64,000 nt of DNA, from the NCBI RefSeq assembly GCF_037042905.1, contig NC_087245.1, positions 37,450,001-37,514,000 of the forward strand, in the 5' to 3' direction. Below, one piece after another: positions 62,832 through 64,000 of the stretch. Numbering within the stretch: the stretch's first letter is position 1; each line of letters starts with the position of its first letter. The stretch comes from Lytechinus pictus. Lineage: Eukaryota. Position numbers and translations under genes: made by a program. The notes beneath the pieces were generated by a model that ran no database searches, had not been told where the DNA came from, and saw nothing but the letters and a program-made list of their open reading frames with translations.

Positions 62832-64000
62832 TCATTTTTCAACCTCGCAAAATCTTTTTGGTATTTTTACTCTTCTTCCATAACGCGTAGTTGTGATGTT
62901 CTCATCTGGTGGACGTCCATGGGGTTGAGTTTGAGGGGCATTATGGTGTCTGACATCGGATGGACCTGGGGTTTGGTTAGGAAGACCTGGTGTGCGTTCA
63001 TCAGAGGGGTTTGGTAGTAGTTGGTCATCTGACTGATTCCGGTCAGTTCTACGAACTTCTCGCCTCGGCTGGATGGGCTCTGACCATGATGGTTGGTCAG
63101 ATGCAGACTGGGGGTGAACATCTGGCGATGACAATTCTGACCATGAAGATTGGTCAGATGAAGGAGGATGTTGGGCATCAGGTGTAGAGCGAGACTGCCC
63201 TGACCATGAAGGTTGGTCAGATGAAGGAGGACGTTGGGCATCAGGTGTAGAGGCAGACTGCCCTGACCATGATGGTTGGCCAGTATCTGTCGTCAGTTGT
63301 GGTTTGGTAGTTGACCATTCGATGAAGGAAGTTTGAGGATGAGATTGAAAACTTGAAGGAGGTTTTGAGTTTGAAGGAGGTTTTGAATTTGAAGGAGGGA
63401 TGGTTGGATGAGTTCCACCTTCTTTACTAGACTCAGGTTGTTGAGGTAGTTTCGATCTGAAGAGCTTCAGTCTGTTATGATGCACTACCTTCTGTATTCT
63501 CTGATTATGGATGTCTTCAATACGATAGTTCAAACCATCTTCTGAGGAAGACATAATGGAAAATGGTCCGGTCCAGTTTGGTTGTAGCTTGTGTCTGGCA
63601 TTTGCTGGGTCATGAAGCCAAACTAAGTCTCCAACAGAGTACTTGATGGTACGAGTCTTCATGTCATAACCTACTTTCTGCTGCTTTTGGGCAAGTTCAG
63701 ATTTTTGCTTGGCATAATGAAATGCTTTCTTAAGACGTTGTTGGAGATCCATAACATACTGTTCTGGTGAGGTAGTATGTTGCTGTCCTGGAACTGGACA
63801 TGTTATGTTCACTGGAACTCGAGCTTCTCTTCCATGAAGAAGGAAGTAGGGACTAAGTCCTGTTGTGGAGTGGACACTTGAGTTGTATGCAAGTTGTAGT
63901 TGAGGGAGGTGAGAATCCCAATCTCCACGTTTGTCAGCGACATATCGTGCTAATTGTTCTTTGATCACACGATTTGCTCGTTCGACCATTCCAGCACCTT
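62832..64000 (-). CDS. Ty3/Gypsy pol C-terminus: end of integrase core, GPY/F module and low-complexity tail (5'-partial)
   Basis: Open frame containing GMVERANR (catalytic E helix), WDSHLP...AYNSSVHSTTGLSPYFLLHGRE, VGDLVWL...KLQPNWTGPF...VHHNRLK, and terminal TTRYGRRVKIPKRF. Confidence 0.95.
   Translation of the reverse strand, partial: GAGMVERANRVIKEQLARYVADKRGDWDSHLPQLQLAYNSSVHSTTGLSPYFLLHGREARVPVNITCPVPGQQHTTSPEQYVMDLQQRLKKAFHYAKQKSELAQKQQKVGYDMKTRTIKYSVGDLVWLHDPANARHKLQPNWTGPFSIMSSSEDGLNYRIEDIHNQRIQKVVHHNRLKLFRSKLPQQPESSKEGGTHPTIPPSNSKPPSNSKPPSSFQSHPQTSFIEWSTTKPQLTTDTGQPSWSGQSASTPDAQRPPSSDQPSWSGQSRSTPDAQHPPSSDQSSWSELSSPDVHPQSASDQPSWSEPIQPRREVRRTDRNQSDDQLLPNPSDERTPGLPNQTPGPSDVRHHNAPQTQPHGRPPDENITTTRYGRRVKIPKRFCEVEK

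Larger units (their letters stand above)
60619..64000 (-). mobile_element. Gypsy LTR retrotransposon, 3' part, antisense within a sarcoglycan intron
   Basis: Integrase ORF, then a ~1.7-kb AT-rich spacer, a polypurine tract (minus AGCGAAGAAGGAAG, 61164-61151) and an LTR-like segment beginning TGTAAG. Confidence 0.8.

Noticed and set aside
62867..63241. Alternative-frame and antisense ORFs over the integrase tail
   Set aside because: Shadows of the in-frame tandem repeats in the pol ORF.

Overview
AT-rich, repeat-dense animal DNA. The repeat types suggest a marine invertebrate such as a sea urchin, which is inference. The ORF track misses the only clear host gene: eight + strand coding exons (18710-60594, 1075 nt, all GT-AG and phase-compatible) of an alpha/epsilon-sarcoglycan. 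Its first and last exons were not found in the window. The introns contain non-autonomous DNA transposons (Kolobok-, Harbinger-, Academ-, Tc1/mariner-like and 8-bp-TSD types), tRNA-derived SINEs, an L2 3' end, tandem repeats, and an antisense Gypsy element (integrase, PPT, 3' LTR) inserted 24 nt from a splice donor. Upstream is a 5'-truncated Penelope-like element with a hammerhead ribozyme motif. The most unusual signal is the first ~15.6 kb, a decayed coding-like block with a gag-like remnant and a PHD/bromodomain (ZMYND8/11-like) remnant on the minus strand. It may be a giant Gypsy-type element carrying chromatin-reader cargo. That call comes from reading across frameshifts by eye and needs profile searches.
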